From positions 78,931 through 142,930 of the forward strand of contig JBBRLI010000008.1 in NCBI GenBank assembly GCA_038231455.1: 64,000 nt of DNA. The letters run 5' to 3'. The notes under the pieces were generated by a model. The model had not been told where the DNA came from. It did not search any database and worked only from the letters and a program-made list of their open reading frames with translations. The position numbers were made by a program, and so were the translations under genes. Of this stretch, positions 19,966 to 31,680 are shown one piece after another. The DNA comes from Vulcanimicrobiales bacterium. GTDB lineage: Bacteria > Vulcanimicrobiota > Vulcanimicrobiia > Vulcanimicrobiales > Vulcanimicrobiaceae. Within the stretch, counting starts at the first letter, position 1, and each line of letters begins with the position of its first letter.

Positions 19966-21570
19966 ATGTCGCGCGTTGTTGCGCTCGGGCTTCTCACATC
20001 GCTTGCCGCGTGCAGCGCGGTCTCGACGACCACGACCAGCGCGAGCGGACGTCACTCCTGGACGATCCCCGATACACTGCGGATTGGAACGGGCGTCGTG
20101 CCGCGTACGCTCAACCCCATTCTCGCAACGCAAACAATCGAATCGTCGCTCTCGCGTCTCTCAACCGACATCCTCGTCTCGGTCGATGACAAAGGCAACT
20201 TCGTCCCCACGCTTGCGAGCGTCGTGCCGACGCAGCAGAACGGCGGCATTAGCGCCGACGGACGCACGATCACCTATCATCTCCGCAGCGGCGTAAGGTG
20301 GCACGACGGCGTTCCGTTTTCCAGTAAAGACGTCAAGTTCACGTACGATGCGATCATGAATCCGAACAACGACGTCGTATCGCGACACGGCTACGATTTG
20401 ATCGATCGCGTGCTAACGCCCGATGCGAACACCGTGACGTTTCACTTGAAGACGGCATTTGCGCCCGCGATCGGGACGATCTTCGGCGAGAGCGATTCAC
20501 CGTACGGCATTCTGCCCGAACATGTTCTGGCGAAGTACAAGAGCATCAACGACGTGCCGTACAATTCTGCGCCGATCGGGACGGGGCCGTTCAAATTCGT
20601 TTCCTGGCAGCGCGGCGATCGCATCACCTACACGCGCAATGACGACTATTTCCTCGGCAAACCCAAGCTCAAGTCGGTGGTCGTGCGCCTGGTTCCCGAT
20701 GAGAATACGCTGGTCACCCAGTTGCGCACGCACGAAATCGACTGGTTCTATGAGCCGACCGTGAACGCGTATCGCTCGATCAAAACGCTCCAAGATACAA
20801 AGATCGTGCTCACGCCGTTCAACGGCTATCAGTCGGTAATGTTCAACAATGGAAAAGGCCCGGCAAGCGATCCACGAATCCGGCGCGCGATTACGATGGC
20901 AATCGACAAGAAGCGGCTCGCCGATACGATCACCTTCGGCACGGCCGTGCAAGCGACGGAAGATTTACCGTCGTTCCTGTGGGCATACGATCCGACGGTG
21001 CCGGAGATCAAATACGATTTGGTCGGCGCCAAGGCGCTCTTGGCGCAGGCCGGATACGGTCCCGGGCTCAAACCGCTCGATCTGAATTTGGTCTTCGAAC
21101 AGAGTTCGGCGACGAACAAAACGCTCGCCGTTCAGTTGCAGTCGACGCTCAAAGCGCTCAACATCAATCTGAATCTCCGTTCGGAACTGAGTTCGGTGAT
21201 CTACGGCGGCTACGGTGCCGGCGGCACGCTCGCGCGAGGCAAGTACGACCTTGCAATCTACCTCTGGATCGCGGGTATCGATCCCGATAACTCGGCGCAG
21301 TTCACGTGCGCGAACCGTCCGCCCGCGGGATTTAATCACAGCTACTTCTGCGCGAAAGCCATGGACGACGCCCAGGCGATTGCGCTGGGCTCGTTCGACC
21401 AAGCGAAACGCAAAGCTGCGTACCGCACGATTGAGGCGACGCTTGCGAAGGATGCCGGTCAGGATTTTCTCTGGTGGCCGCGCTGGCCGCAGGCGATCAA
21501 CCCGGATCTCAAACATTTCGATCCGAATCCCGTCGTTGAGACCTGGGATATCCGGCAGTGGGAGATTTAG
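19966..21570 (+). CDS. Peptide/nickel ABC transporter substrate-binding lipoprotein (family 5)
   Basis: Lipobox LAAC; LRSGVRWHDG and PIGTGPF motifs. Confidence 0.9.
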   Translation: MSRVVALGLLTSLAACSAVSTTTTSASGRHSWTIPDTLRIGTGVVPRTLNPILATQTIESSLSRLSTDILVSVDDKGNFVPTLASVVPTQQNGGISADGRTITYHLRSGVRWHDGVPFSSKDVKFTYDAIMNPNNDVVSRHGYDLIDRVLTPDANTVTFHLKTAFAPAIGTIFGESDSPYGILPEHVLAKYKSINDVPYNSAPIGTGPFKFVSWQRGDRITYTRNDDYFLGKPKLKSVVVRLVPDENTLVTQLRTHEIDWFYEPTVNAYRSIKTLQDTKIVLTPFNGYQSVMFNNGKGPASDPRIRRAITMAIDKKRLADTITFGTAVQATEDLPSFLWAYDPTVPEIKYDLVGAKALLAQAGYGPGLKPLDLNLVFEQSSATNKTLAVQLQSTLKALNINLNLRSELSSVIYGGYGAGGTLARGKYDLAIYLWIAGIDPDNSAQFTCANRPPAGFNHSYFCAKAMDDAQAIALGSFDQAKRKAAYRTIEATLAKDAGQDFLWWPRWPQAINPDLKHFDPNPVVETWDIRQWEI

Positions 21571-22415
21571 CCGCCCTGCACCACGACGCGTCGTGACGCC
21601 GCGCGCCACACGATGAGTGCCACGACGCTAAAGACGGCGAGCCACACGCACTGCACGAGCAGCGTGCGCGCGTAGTCGGCCGGTTTGATCACGCCGACGT
21701 AGATGAGTAGCGGTGCCGAGTAAATCGCGGCAAATGGCAAATCGAGTACGATGCGCTGGAAGATCCCGGGGAAGAAGATGAGCGGGATGATCTGACCGCT
21801 CAGCAGGTCGGAGACCCAGCGCACCATCAGTTGGATCGCGAACGTCTCGAGCGTCCAAAACGCGATCGAATTCATCAAGAAATTCAGCAAGAAATTGACG
21901 AGATATCCGATCGCAAAACTCAACACGAAGACGGCGAAGGCAAGCGGTGATGGGATGTCGACGTGAACGATGAAGAGCGCGAAGAGCAACGTTGGGAAGA
22001 TCATGAGCGCGTGGAACGCCGTGCTGCCGAAGCCGTCGCTAAAGAAGTAGAACGGCAGACTGATCGGCTTCATCAAATCCGTTGCGATCGTACCTTCTCG
22101 GACTTTCTCGCGGATCGCACGCGTGCCGTCGATTTCCAAGACGAGCGACATGAGTAGTGCGACGGTCGCATAGGTAATCATCGCGTGCAGCGGGACGCCG
22201 GTTGGCGCCGCGTTCTGCGCGTACAGCGCGACCCAAAGCATGCGCAGAAGGTAGACACGGACCAGGACCGAGGCGATGTTGGTGAAGACGTCCATTCGGT
22301 ACGTCGCTTCGCGCGCGAACGCTTTCTTCGCAAACTCGAGGTACGGTTCAAGCCGCCATGCCGGTAATCGTGGGCGGAACGGCCCGGGTCGTTCGCGCGT
22401 CTCGATGGTAGGCAT
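21567..22415 (-). CDS. ABC-2 family (DUF990-type) permease
   Basis: TYRMD, GTIATDLMKP, LSGQIIPL and C-terminal VVQGG. Confidence 0.85.
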   Translation of the reverse strand: MPTIETRERPGPFRPRLPAWRLEPYLEFAKKAFAREATYRMDVFTNIASVLVRVYLLRMLWVALYAQNAAPTGVPLHAMITYATVALLMSLVLEIDGTRAIREKVREGTIATDLMKPISLPFYFFSDGFGSTAFHALMIFPTLLFALFIVHVDIPSPLAFAVFVLSFAIGYLVNFLLNFLMNSIAFWTLETFAIQLMVRWVSDLLSGQIIPLIFFPGIFQRIVLDLPFAAIYSAPLLIYVGVIKPADYARTLLVQCVWLAVFSVVALIVWRAASRRVVVQGG

Positions 22416-22422
22416 GAACAAC

Positions 22423-23976
22423 ATGAGTTCGGCGGCGGAGGGCGATTCGCTTCGTACGACGGTCTGGATCACGGGCGATCAGTGCTCGCCGTTCAACTCG
22501 GCTCTGGTGGGCGCCGATCCGGCTCGCACCCGCGTGCTGATGATCGAATCGACGACCCGCGCTCGCATCCGGCCGTACCACAAGCGCAAGCTCGTGCTCA
22601 TCTATGCGGTGATGCGCCATTTCGCAGGCGACCTGCGTGCGGCTGGCTGGACGGTGGATTACTACGCCGAGTGTGCCGACTATCTCGGCGCACTCGATGC
22701 GCACCTTGCCGCCTGGCAGCCCCGGCAGCTGCGAATGATGGCACAGTCCGAATTCGGCGTCACCGAGAGGCTTCTCGCGCTTGCAACGGAGCGAGGCCTG
22801 CCGTACGAGGTTCTGCCGCATTGCAACTTCATCTCGGAGGCAAGCGACTTCGACCGCCTGGCCAAAACGGAATCGTCTCGCGTGACGATGGAAAATTTCT
22901 ATCGCGGCATGCGCAAGAAAACGGGCTTCCTGATGGACGGGGGCGCGCCCATTGGAGGGGCGTGGAACTACGACGCCGAGAATCGCGAACCGCCCAAAGC
23001 CGGGATGCGATTTCCCGCAGCGCTCGCCTTCAAACCCGACGAAATCACCCGCGATGTCATCGCGATGGTCGAGCGTCAATTTGCCGACCACCCCGGTACC
23101 ATCGGCATGTGGAGCCTACCGGTTACACGGCGCGATGCGCTCGAGCTGCTCGATGATTTTATCGCCAACCGGCTCGACGGATTCGGTCCGCACCAAGACG
23201 CGATGATCCTCGGCGAACGCACGATGAATCACTCCTTGCTTTCCGCCGCGATCAATGTCGGTTTGCTGCATCCGCTCGAATGTTGCGAGCGCGCGGAGCT
23301 TGCCTACCGTAGCGGCGATGCGCGGCTGCAGTCGGTCGAGGGGTTCATCCGCCAGGTCATCGGTTGGCGCGAATACATCTGGCGTATTTACTGGAAGATG
23401 ATGCCGGAGTACCGCACACGCAACGTCCTCGGCGCCACGTTGCCGTTGCCGAGATTCTTTTGGACCGGCGAGACCGACATGAATTGCCTGCGCGAGTCGC
23501 TCGCGCACGTACGCGAAACGGCCTACGCGCACCACATCTTACGACTGATGATCCTTGGCAACTTCGCCCTGATCGCCGGTTTCGAACCGCAAGAAACCAA
23601 CGACTGGTTTTGGGCGATGTTCGTTGACGGCTACGACTGGGTGATGGTCCCCAACGTCATCGGGATGACCTTGCATGCCGATGGCGGTTACGTCGGCACG
23701 AAGCCGTACGCGGCCTCGGCCAATTATATCAACAAGATGTCCAACTATTGCCGCCCGTGCCGCTACGACCCAAAACAGACGACGGGCGACGACGCGTGCC
23801 CGTTCAACAGCCTCTACTGGGATTTTCTCGACCGCAACGATGTGCGCTTCTCCAAAAATATGCGCATGGCAATGGTGATGAAAAATTGGCAGCGTCGGCC
23901 GGACGCCGGGAAGGTCGCGGTGCGGTCGCAAGCCGCGCTCATCCGCGAGCGCTTGCGCAAAAACGATCCCGTCTAG
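22423..23976 (+). CDS. Fe-S bacterial cryptochrome/(6-4) photolyase (CryB/PhrB type)
   Basis: GDQ, HKRKL, GGAWNYD, YAHHI, KPYAAS.NYINKMSNYC..C and ACPFNSLYW motifs. Confidence 0.9.
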   Translation: MSSAAEGDSLRTTVWITGDQCSPFNSALVGADPARTRVLMIESTTRARIRPYHKRKLVLIYAVMRHFAGDLRAAGWTVDYYAECADYLGALDAHLAAWQPRQLRMMAQSEFGVTERLLALATERGLPYEVLPHCNFISEASDFDRLAKTESSRVTMENFYRGMRKKTGFLMDGGAPIGGAWNYDAENREPPKAGMRFPAALAFKPDEITRDVIAMVERQFADHPGTIGMWSLPVTRRDALELLDDFIANRLDGFGPHQDAMILGERTMNHSLLSAAINVGLLHPLECCERAELAYRSGDARLQSVEGFIRQVIGWREYIWRIYWKMMPEYRTRNVLGATLPLPRFFWTGETDMNCLRESLAHVRETAYAHHILRLMILGNFALIAGFEPQETNDWFWAMFVDGYDWVMVPNVIGMTLHADGGYVGTKPYAASANYINKMSNYCRPCRYDPKQTTGDDACPFNSLYWDFLDRNDVRFSKNMRMAMVMKNWQRRPDAGKVAVRSQAALIRERLRKNDPV

Positions 23977-24066
23977 GCCGAATCTTTACGGAGAATAAGC
24001 AAAAAGTCACCGTTTTGGTCGCTTGCATCCAGGGCGGCAAGCGCTGTCTGCCGATACCTCCAGTGT

Positions 24067-25902
24067 ATGGACGTCCGTCCTTCGTCCTCGCGATCGGTCA
24101 ATCGTGATGGGCTGAGTCTGCTTCTCGGAAATCTGGTCCCTTCGTTCGAGCTTTTCGAGGGCTTAAATGACGGTGTGGTTGTGTATGCTCCGGACGGTCG
24201 CTGGGCGGCTTGCAATCGGAAAGCGGCGCAACTCGTCGGATACGAGTCCGCCGACCTGATCGGACAGCAGCTCGGACGGTTCATTGCCGAGGTCGAGAAG
24301 CAGCGGATCGCGTCAATTTTCGAGACGACGCTGCGCGGCGAAGTACTTCCCGAGTTCGAAACGCATCTCGTCCACGCCGATGGCACGCGGGTCGAGATCA
24401 TGCTGCGCCTGCTCCCGGCGACCTTCGACGGCGAGATCGTTGGCATCTATGGAATCGCCACCGACCTGCGCGCCCAGCGTTCGATCGAACGCGTCTTTGC
24501 AAACAACGCGCAGAAGTATCGCTCGCTGTTCGAACATCATACCGACGCGATCGTCATCGTTGATTCCAAAGGACGCTTTGCAGCGATCAACATCGCGGCG
24601 GAAGAGATGACGGGCTATCTCAACGAGGAAGTCGTCCACCAGCCGGTCGCGATGTTGTTTGATTCGGACGTCCCCGGCGTCACCGCCGGCGTTCTTGCCG
24701 CCACAACCCATACCGAGTCGACGCGCTACGTGCTGCCGCTGCTGCGCAAAGACGGAACGCACATCGACGTCGAGGGGGAGACGATCCCGATCATCATCGA
24801 CGGTGTTGTCACGGGCTTCTTCGCCGTGTCGCGCGACGTAACCGAACGCGAGATCTTGGCAGAAGAGATTGCCACCAAGAGCCGCCGCATCCACCAACTC
24901 TATCGCATCGCATCCTCGGTCAAGGCGACACCGGACGAACAAATCGCCCGCGCGCTCGAGCTGGGTCTCGAAGAGCTTGGATACGAGTGGGGCGAAATCG
25001 GACGGGTCGGAGACGGCGTCCTTACCGTTACGCATAGTGTCGGTAAGGATAACGAATTTCAAGTCGGCTTTACGGCGCCGATCGGCCAGACGCTCGCGCG
25101 CCACGTGATCGCGAACGATGAAATGCTGGTGATCGAAGACCTTTCACAGCCGCCGTGGTTGACCGACCGTTCCGGACGTGCAAAAAAATACAGCTCGTTC
25201 GTCGGCGTTCCGATTCACTACGATGGCGCACCCGGTGTCGTTTCGCTCTACGGCTCGAAGCCGCGCTCGCTCACGGAAACCGACCGCGATTATATCGCCG
25301 CAATCGTCGCGCTTGCGACGACGTCGGTCGCGCGCAGTCTCCACCACGAACGACTCGATGCGCTCGCTTTTGCCGATACGCTCACCGGTTTACCGAACCG
25401 GCTGCTCTTCATGGACCGGCTCGAACAGCAACTGAATTTTGCGAAACGCCAGAAGCGTTCGTTTGCCGTGCTCTACGTCGATTTCGATCACTTCAAATCC
25501 GTCAACGATACCTACGGTCATGCGATCGGCGATGCGTTTCTCATCGAGATGGCAAAACGATTCCTCGCCGTCGCACGCGAGAGCGACACCGTCGCGAGAA
25601 TCGGCGGCGACGAGTTCGTTATTCTCCAGCCGGAGATTACCGATGCCGAACGCGCAACGGAGTTTGCCACGCGCCTCCTCGAGGCCACGCGCAAACCGCT
25701 GATCTTCGACACCGTCACGATCGTACCGTCGATCAGCATCGGGATTTCCGTCTATCCGCACGATGGCGTACGTTCGGAGTCGCTCCTGGGCAATGCCGAC
25801 ACGGCACTCTATTGCGTCAAGGCTGCGGGGCGCAACAATTTTGCGCTCTACGATCCGAAAATGGAGGCGCGTCCGCGCCCCCGAGGGATGACGACCGGCT
25901 AG
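24067..25902 (+). CDS. PAS-PAS-GAF diguanylate cyclase
   Basis: [14 protein letters not shown]-site and GGDEF motifs. Confidence 0.9.
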   Translation: MDVRPSSSRSVNRDGLSLLLGNLVPSFELFEGLNDGVVVYAPDGRWAACNRKAAQLVGYESADLIGQQLGRFIAEVEKQRIASIFETTLRGEVLPEFETHLVHADGTRVEIMLRLLPATFDGEIVGIYGIATDLRAQRSIERVFANNAQKYRSLFEHHTDAIVIVDSKGRFAAINIAAEEMTGYLNEEVVHQPVAMLFDSDVPGVTAGVLAATTHTESTRYVLPLLRKDGTHIDVEGETIPIIIDGVVTGFFAVSRDVTEREILAEEIATKSRRIHQLYRIASSVKATPDEQIARALELGLEELGYEWGEIGRVGDGVLTVTHSVGKDNEFQVGFTAPIGQTLARHVIANDEMLVIEDLSQPPWLTDRSGRAKKYSSFVGVPIHYDGAPGVVSLYGSKPRSLTETDRDYIAAIVALATTSVARSLHHERLDALAFADTLTGLPNRLLFMDRLEQQLNFAKRQKRSFAVLYVDFDHFKSVNDTYGHAIGDAFLIEMAKRFLAVARESDTVARIGGDEFVILQPEITDAERATEFATRLLEATRKPLIFDTVTIVPSISIGISVYPHDGVRSESLLGNADTALYCVKAAGRNNFALYDPKMEARPRPRGMTTG

Positions 25903-26735
25903 ACGGCCATCGCCGGTGCCGGAATATCCGGCGAGCGGACGTAGTCGGCACCGAGCTGGGTGAAGAGTTCGCGCTCGGGGATCGGTGTCGGAATAACGAG
26001 CGGCACGCCATCGAGCATGCGCTGCGCCAGATCCATCCACGGCGCGCCGATGAAGCCTGTCGGGTCCTGTTCGAACACCGTCTGCGCCGTCAGACGCGAC
26101 TTCCGTACGCCGTCGTTTTCCGGAATACACAGCAGGCACGTCGATCCAATGCGCTCGGCGAACGGTCCGACGAGTTCGGCGTTCGAGGCGCGGTTGGCCA
26201 CGATACCGGCAAGCGTTCCGCCACCGGTCTTTTGTTTGATGGTGATCGCCGTAGCGATGCGGTTCGCCGCGAAAATCGAGTCGAAGTCGTTGGTCGCAAC
26301 GATGATGACTTGCTCCGAATGCTGGAGCGGTGCGGAGAAACCGCCGCACACGACGTCACCGAGAACATCGAAGATCATCACTTCGTAGTCTTTGTAGACG
26401 CCGAATTTTTCGAGCAGCTTGACGGTCTCGCCGACGACGTAGCCGCCGCAACCGGCGCCCGCCGGCGGTCCGCCCGCCTCGACGCAATCGACGCCATATT
26501 TGCCTTTGAAGATGATCTCGTCTTTTTCGATCTCTTCGCTCTTGAACTTATAGGAGCTGAGGACTTCGACGACCGTCGGGATGAGGTTTCCCGTGAGCGT
26601 GAACGTCGAGTCGTGCTTCGGGTCGCAACCGACTTGGATCGTCTTTTTGCCTAAGATTCCGAACGCGGCCGAGAGGTTCGATGAGAACGTGCTCTTCCCG
26701 ATCCCGCCCTTGCCATAGACCGCAATTTTCAGCAT
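25899..26735 (-). CDS. bchL: Dark-operative protochlorophyllide reductase Fe protein
   Basis: [43 protein letters not shown] and [11 protein letters not shown] motifs. Confidence 0.93.
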   Translation of the reverse strand: MLKIAVYGKGGIGKSTFSSNLSAAFGILGKKTIQVGCDPKHDSTFTLTGNLIPTVVEVLSSYKFKSEEIEKDEIIFKGKYGVDCVEAGGPPAGAGCGGYVVGETVKLLEKFGVYKDYEVMIFDVLGDVVCGGFSAPLQHSEQVIIVATNDFDSIFAANRIATAITIKQKTGGGTLAGIVANRASNAELVGPFAERIGSTCLLCIPENDGVRKSRLTAQTVFEQDPTGFIGAPWMDLAQRMLDGVPLVIPTPIPERELFTQLGADYVRSPDIPAPAMAV

Positions 26736-26813
26736 ACCGGACTCCCAACCGTCGACGGACACGGCGATGCCGCGTCTTACAGTGGACCGTACACCTCTTG
26801 AGGCTCGGGGGAC

Positions 26814-26829
26814 GGTGATAAACGTCACC
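26814..26829 (-). promoter_or_regulatory. Crp/Fnr-type palindrome upstream of bchL
   Basis: GGTGAcgtttaTCACC, 22 nt from TACGGT at 26786-26791. Confidence 0.8.
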
Positions 26830-26884
26830 CAGGCGAAGTCCACGCCTCGATACCCCACACATCACGCTCGAATGGAGCCACTTC

Positions 26885-27016
26885 GTGAGCAACGTCCCGG
26901 TCGTTTTTTGGATCCTCGGCATCTTTCTTGTCGGCGCCCTCGGTGGATTTTTCGTGATGCCGCCGCTGCTCGATCGGATCGATCGCGTCGGCAAAGTCGG
27001 GATCATGGGCTGGTAG
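26885..27016 (+). CDS. Small 43-aa membrane protein (absent from the ORF track)
   Basis: GGAG RBS with GTG start; MSNVPVVFWILGIFLVGALGGFFVMPPLLDRIDRVGKVGIMGW. Confidence 0.6.
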   Translation: MSNVPVVFWILGIFLVGALGGFFVMPPLLDRIDRVGKVGIMGW

Positions 27017-27032
27017 TCGCGAAGCCCGCGCG

Positions 27033-27653
27033 GTGATCGTCACCATCTCGCGGGCCTACGGTGCGGCGGCAAACGCCGTCGCCGCGGAACTGGCCGCCCG
27101 CCTCGACTACCGGGTCGTCGCCGACCAGCTCCCGCGCGTGATCGCGGAGCGCCTGGGCTCCTCGGCCGGCATGGTCGAGGGGATCGAGGCGACCACGCCG
27201 CCCCTTGGCGAGCGTCTGCTGCGTGGGCTCGTTGCGGTGCCCGAGATGGGGATTGCGCTTGCGGCGCCGACCGACGCGTATACGACGGCGTATCGGCGTG
27301 AAATCGAGCAGCTCGTCCGCGAAGAAGCGGATCGCGGAGATGCGATCATCGTCGGCCGCGCAGCGAACGTTATCCTCGGACGCCGACCGGAGATCCTCAG
27401 CGTCTTTTTGACCGCGCCGCTCGAGTGGCGCACCCAGTACGTCGCAGAATCCCTCGGCATTCCGCCCGCACGGGCGTCCGCCGAGATCGCGCGCATCGAC
27501 AAGGCACGCCGGGCATACACGCGCGACCAATATAAACTCACCTGGGGCGATCGTCGCAATTACGATCTCATGCTGGATACGGCGCGCTTTGGGATCGACG
27601 GCGTAGCCGAGCTCATCGTTGCCGCCGTACGTTTGGCGCAGAGCGCACGATGA
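27033..27653 (+). CDS. Cytidylate kinase-like family protein
   Basis: VTISRAYG, IVGRAA and YDLMLDT motifs. Confidence 0.85.
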   Translation: MIVTISRAYGAAANAVAAELAARLDYRVVADQLPRVIAERLGSSAGMVEGIEATTPPLGERLLRGLVAVPEMGIALAAPTDAYTTAYRREIEQLVREEADRGDAIIVGRAANVILGRRPEILSVFLTAPLEWRTQYVAESLGIPPARASAEIARIDKARRAYTRDQYKLTWGDRRNYDLMLDTARFGIDGVAELIVAAVRLAQSAR

Positions 27654-28912
27654 AGAGTCTTCCGCCGCCGCGCACGGCCGAACCACGCATTTCCTCAGAA
27701 CGGCCGGCGTTACTGGGCGCGTTTCAATTTCGCGATTTTCGGCTCTTGTGGTTCGGGCTGCTCGTGAGCAATCTTGGCACGTGGATGCAATTTACCGCAC
27801 TCGGTTATTATGTTGTCAAAATCGCGCCGACGCCGTCGCTCGCGCCGCTCTACGTCGGTCTCATCGGTGCCTCGCGCGCGATTCCCGTGTTGCTGCTCTC
27901 GCCGATCGCCGGCGTCATCGCCGATCGTTATCCACGGCGGCGCGTGCTGCTGATCACCAATGTCGTCATCGCGCTGCTCGCGCTGTTGCTTGCCGTAGTG
28001 ATGGCCCGAAACGAGGCATCGATCGGCGTGCTTATGGCGATCTCGACGTTGCAGGCGGGGACGCAGGCGTTCGATTCGCCCGCGCGCCAGAGTTGGATTC
28101 CCCTGATGGTCGGGCGCGAATACGTCGGCAATGCGATCGGTCTGAATTCGTTTGCGTTCAATTCACCGAGCATCGTCGGACCGCCGATCGCGGGTATTCT
28201 CATCGCATCGGCGGGCGTGGCAACGTGCGCCTTCATCAACGCCGCGGCCACGCTTGCCGTCGTCGCGGCGCTGCTGTTGATGAAACCGGTCGGCGTACTC
28301 GAAGGCAAGCGCGAGCCGTTCGTTCGGCAGATTCTCGATGGCGTGCGGTTTCTTGCACGCGATCCGGTGCTGCGTTGGGTCGTGCTCTCGCTCGTCGTGA
28401 CGTCGCTTTTTGTCCGGCCGTATACGTTCTTGATGCCGGCGTACGCCGCGCACATCGTTCACACCGATGCGCGCGGCCTTGGGATTTTGCTTGCAGCAAG
28501 CGGCCTCGGCGCGATCGGCGGCGCATTCGTAACGGCGATGATTCGCGGCGAACGGCGCTCGGCGATTTGGTTCTGGTCGTGCGCGACGATGTCGCTGCTC
28601 TTCGCGGTGCTCGGGACGATCGATAACGTCCCCTTCGCGCTGCCCGTGCTCGTCGTGCTGGGTAGCGCATCGCTCACGTACATCGGAACGGCGAACTTTC
28701 TCTTGCAGACGCTCGCACCGGATGAGATGCGCGGTCGCGCGATCTCCGTCTACTCGATGATCCTTTTGGGACTCGTGCCGGCCGGCTCGCTGCTCCTCGG
28801 CGCCATCGCCTCGATCTTCGATCTACACGTGTCGATGATCGGTGGCGGGGCGATCTCGCTTGTCTGCGCGCTCTGGTTCTATCTTGCGCACCCACGACTG
28901 CGCGAGGCCTAG
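27650..28912 (+). CDS. MFS transporter
   Basis: GVIADRYPRR motif A; about 12 TM segments. Confidence 0.9.
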   Translation: MKSLPPPRTAEPRISSERPALLGAFQFRDFRLLWFGLLVSNLGTWMQFTALGYYVVKIAPTPSLAPLYVGLIGASRAIPVLLLSPIAGVIADRYPRRRVLLITNVVIALLALLLAVVMARNEASIGVLMAISTLQAGTQAFDSPARQSWIPLMVGREYVGNAIGLNSFAFNSPSIVGPPIAGILIASAGVATCAFINAAATLAVVAALLLMKPVGVLEGKREPFVRQILDGVRFLARDPVLRWVVLSLVVTSLFVRPYTFLMPAYAAHIVHTDARGLGILLAASGLGAIGGAFVTAMIRGERRSAIWFWSCATMSLLFAVLGTIDNVPFALPVLVVLGSASLTYIGTANFLLQTLAPDEMRGRAISVYSMILLGLVPAGSLLLGAIASIFDLHVSMIGGGAISLVCALWFYLAHPRLREA

Positions 28913-28915
28913 GAC

Positions 28916-30508
28916 ATGTCCGCGCTGATCGTACTGTTCCTCACCTCGATCGTTGTCCTCGCACTCCTGGCAAAACGCATTGCGATACCGTATCCGATCG
29001 TCTTGACGCTCGGCGGTGCCGCGATCGGCATGATCCCCGGCATTCCGAAAATAGAACTGAAGCCGGAATTGATCTTTACCATTTTTCTCCCTCCGCTTCT
29101 CTATGGCGGCGGATGGGCAACCGATTGGGGGGCTTTCCGCGCGAACCTCAGACCCATCGGCTTGCTCTCAACCGGATGCGTGATCTTCACGACGATCCTC
29201 GTCGCCGTCGCCGCGCATGCCGTCGTTCCGGAAATGCCGTGGGCCGTCGCCTTCGTCCTGGGCGCAATCGTCTCGCCGACCGATACCATTGCGGCCCTGA
29301 CCGTTCTTGAATCGTTCGAAATCCCACGTCGGATTGTAACCATTCTCGAAGGCGAGAGTTTGGTCAACGATTCAAGCGCGCTCGTGCTCTACCGGTTCGC
29401 CGTCGCTGCAGTCATGACGGGTACGTTCACCTGGTGGCAAGCCGGAGCCCAGTTCGTCTTCGTGAGTGTCGGCGGCATCGCAATCGGTTTACTCATCGGT
29501 TTTCTCAGCGTCGCTCTTTTGCGGTTCATCAATCGCAAGCATTTGACCGACCGTCTGATCGACAACGTTCTGTATTTTGTCTTTCCCTATGCGGCGTATC
29601 TTTCGGCCGAGGAACTTCACGTTTCCGGCGTCCTCGCGGCCGTCGTTGCCGGCATCTACGCCAGCCGCAACCGTGCGAAATTCCAAAATGCGGAGGCTCG
29701 ACTCATCGCCTTCGCGATTTGGGATATGCTGCTGTTCTGCATCAACGCCACGCTCTTCGTTCTTTTGGGAATGCAGCTGCCGCGCATTATCGCAAGCCTC
29801 CACGGATACACCCCAAGTCTGCTCATCATCGAAGGCCTCGCGGTCGTTGCGGCGGTTGCGATCACGCGCCTGATCTGGATTTATCCGGCGTCGTATTTCT
29901 CTCGGCTTGCCGTCGCAGTTGTGCGACGCGCTCCGATGGAAAGCGTCGCTTGGCAATCGACGACGCTCATTGGCTGGACCGGGATGCGCGGGATCATTTC
30001 CCTTGCCGCGGCCCTCGCCATTCCCGAAACGATCGGCGGCTCGACGCCGTTTCCGGCGCGCGGAATCGTCATCTACCTGACCTTCTGCACCATCTTCGGC
30101 ACGCTTATCGTCCAAGGGCTGACGCTCGGTCCGCTGATCCGCGCGCTCGGCATCAAACCCGATGGCGACCCCGAGCGGGAGATCACCGAGGCGCGCGCGC
30201 GTATCGCGGAAGCCGGCATGCGGCGTCTCCACGACATGGAGCCCGAGTTCACGACCCCGCATCACTGGGAAGTCGCCGGGAATATTCGCGCCGACTACGA
30301 GCAGCGAATCGAGCACTTTCAATCGCATACCGGGCGCGTACTCTCGGATGATGAAGAAGCGCTCGCGGTGTATCACCGGTTGCGTCGGTCGACGCTCGAT
30401 GCCGAACGCTCGTCCGTGATCGCGATGCGTGAGAGCGGCGAAATCAACGACGATGTGTATCGTGCCCTCGAATACGATCTGGACCTCGCCGAATCCCAAA
30501 TCGAATAA
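28916..30508 (+). CDS. CPA1 Na+/H+ antiporter
   Basis: FLPPLLY, SPTD, LEGESLVND and GMRG motifs. Confidence 0.92.
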   Translation: MSALIVLFLTSIVVLALLAKRIAIPYPIVLTLGGAAIGMIPGIPKIELKPELIFTIFLPPLLYGGGWATDWGAFRANLRPIGLLSTGCVIFTTILVAVAAHAVVPEMPWAVAFVLGAIVSPTDTIAALTVLESFEIPRRIVTILEGESLVNDSSALVLYRFAVAAVMTGTFTWWQAGAQFVFVSVGGIAIGLLIGFLSVALLRFINRKHLTDRLIDNVLYFVFPYAAYLSAEELHVSGVLAAVVAGIYASRNRAKFQNAEARLIAFAIWDMLLFCINATLFVLLGMQLPRIIASLHGYTPSLLIIEGLAVVAAVAITRLIWIYPASYFSRLAVAVVRRAPMESVAWQSTTLIGWTGMRGIISLAAALAIPETIGGSTPFPARGIVIYLTFCTIFGTLIVQGLTLGPLIRALGIKPDGDPEREITEARARIAEAGMRRLHDMEPEFTTPHHWEVAGNIRADYEQRIEHFQSHTGRVLSDDEEALAVYHRLRRSTLDAERSSVIAMRESGEINDDVYRALEYDLDLAESQIE

Positions 30509-30536
30509 AAAAATCCCGGCACGCGCCGGGATTTTT
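30509..30536. terminator. Bidirectional intrinsic terminator
   Basis: AAAAATCCCGGC-ACGC-GCCGGGATTTTT between convergent genes. Confidence 0.85.
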
Positions 30537-30541
30537 ATCGC

Positions 30542-31534
<993 letters not shown>

Positions 31535-31624
31535 GAAGCCTCCAGTTGATGATGGTCCGGCAAGCGAACGAGCGCTAGTCGTCCGGCAATAGGCGATCGT
31601 ACGACAAAGTTCCCGCTGGAGTTG

Positions 31625-31652
31625 AAAAACGACCGGGCATCGCTGCCCGGCC
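31625..31652 (-). terminator. Intrinsic terminator after bchH
   Basis: GGCCGGGCA-GCGA-TGCCCGGTC-GTTTTT on the minus strand. Confidence 0.7.
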
Positions 31653-31680
31653 GTTCCGCTTCTGCCTCTTTACGCGGGCG

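Noticed and set aside
25899-26735. nifH/nitrogenase interpretation of the Fe protein
   Set aside because: [20 protein letters not shown] and NDFDS are BchL-type, and bchN/bchB are present.
27031-27045. GGTGA-TCG-TCACC palindrome
   Set aside because: The spacer is 3 nt instead of 6, and it lies over the start of a coding sequence.
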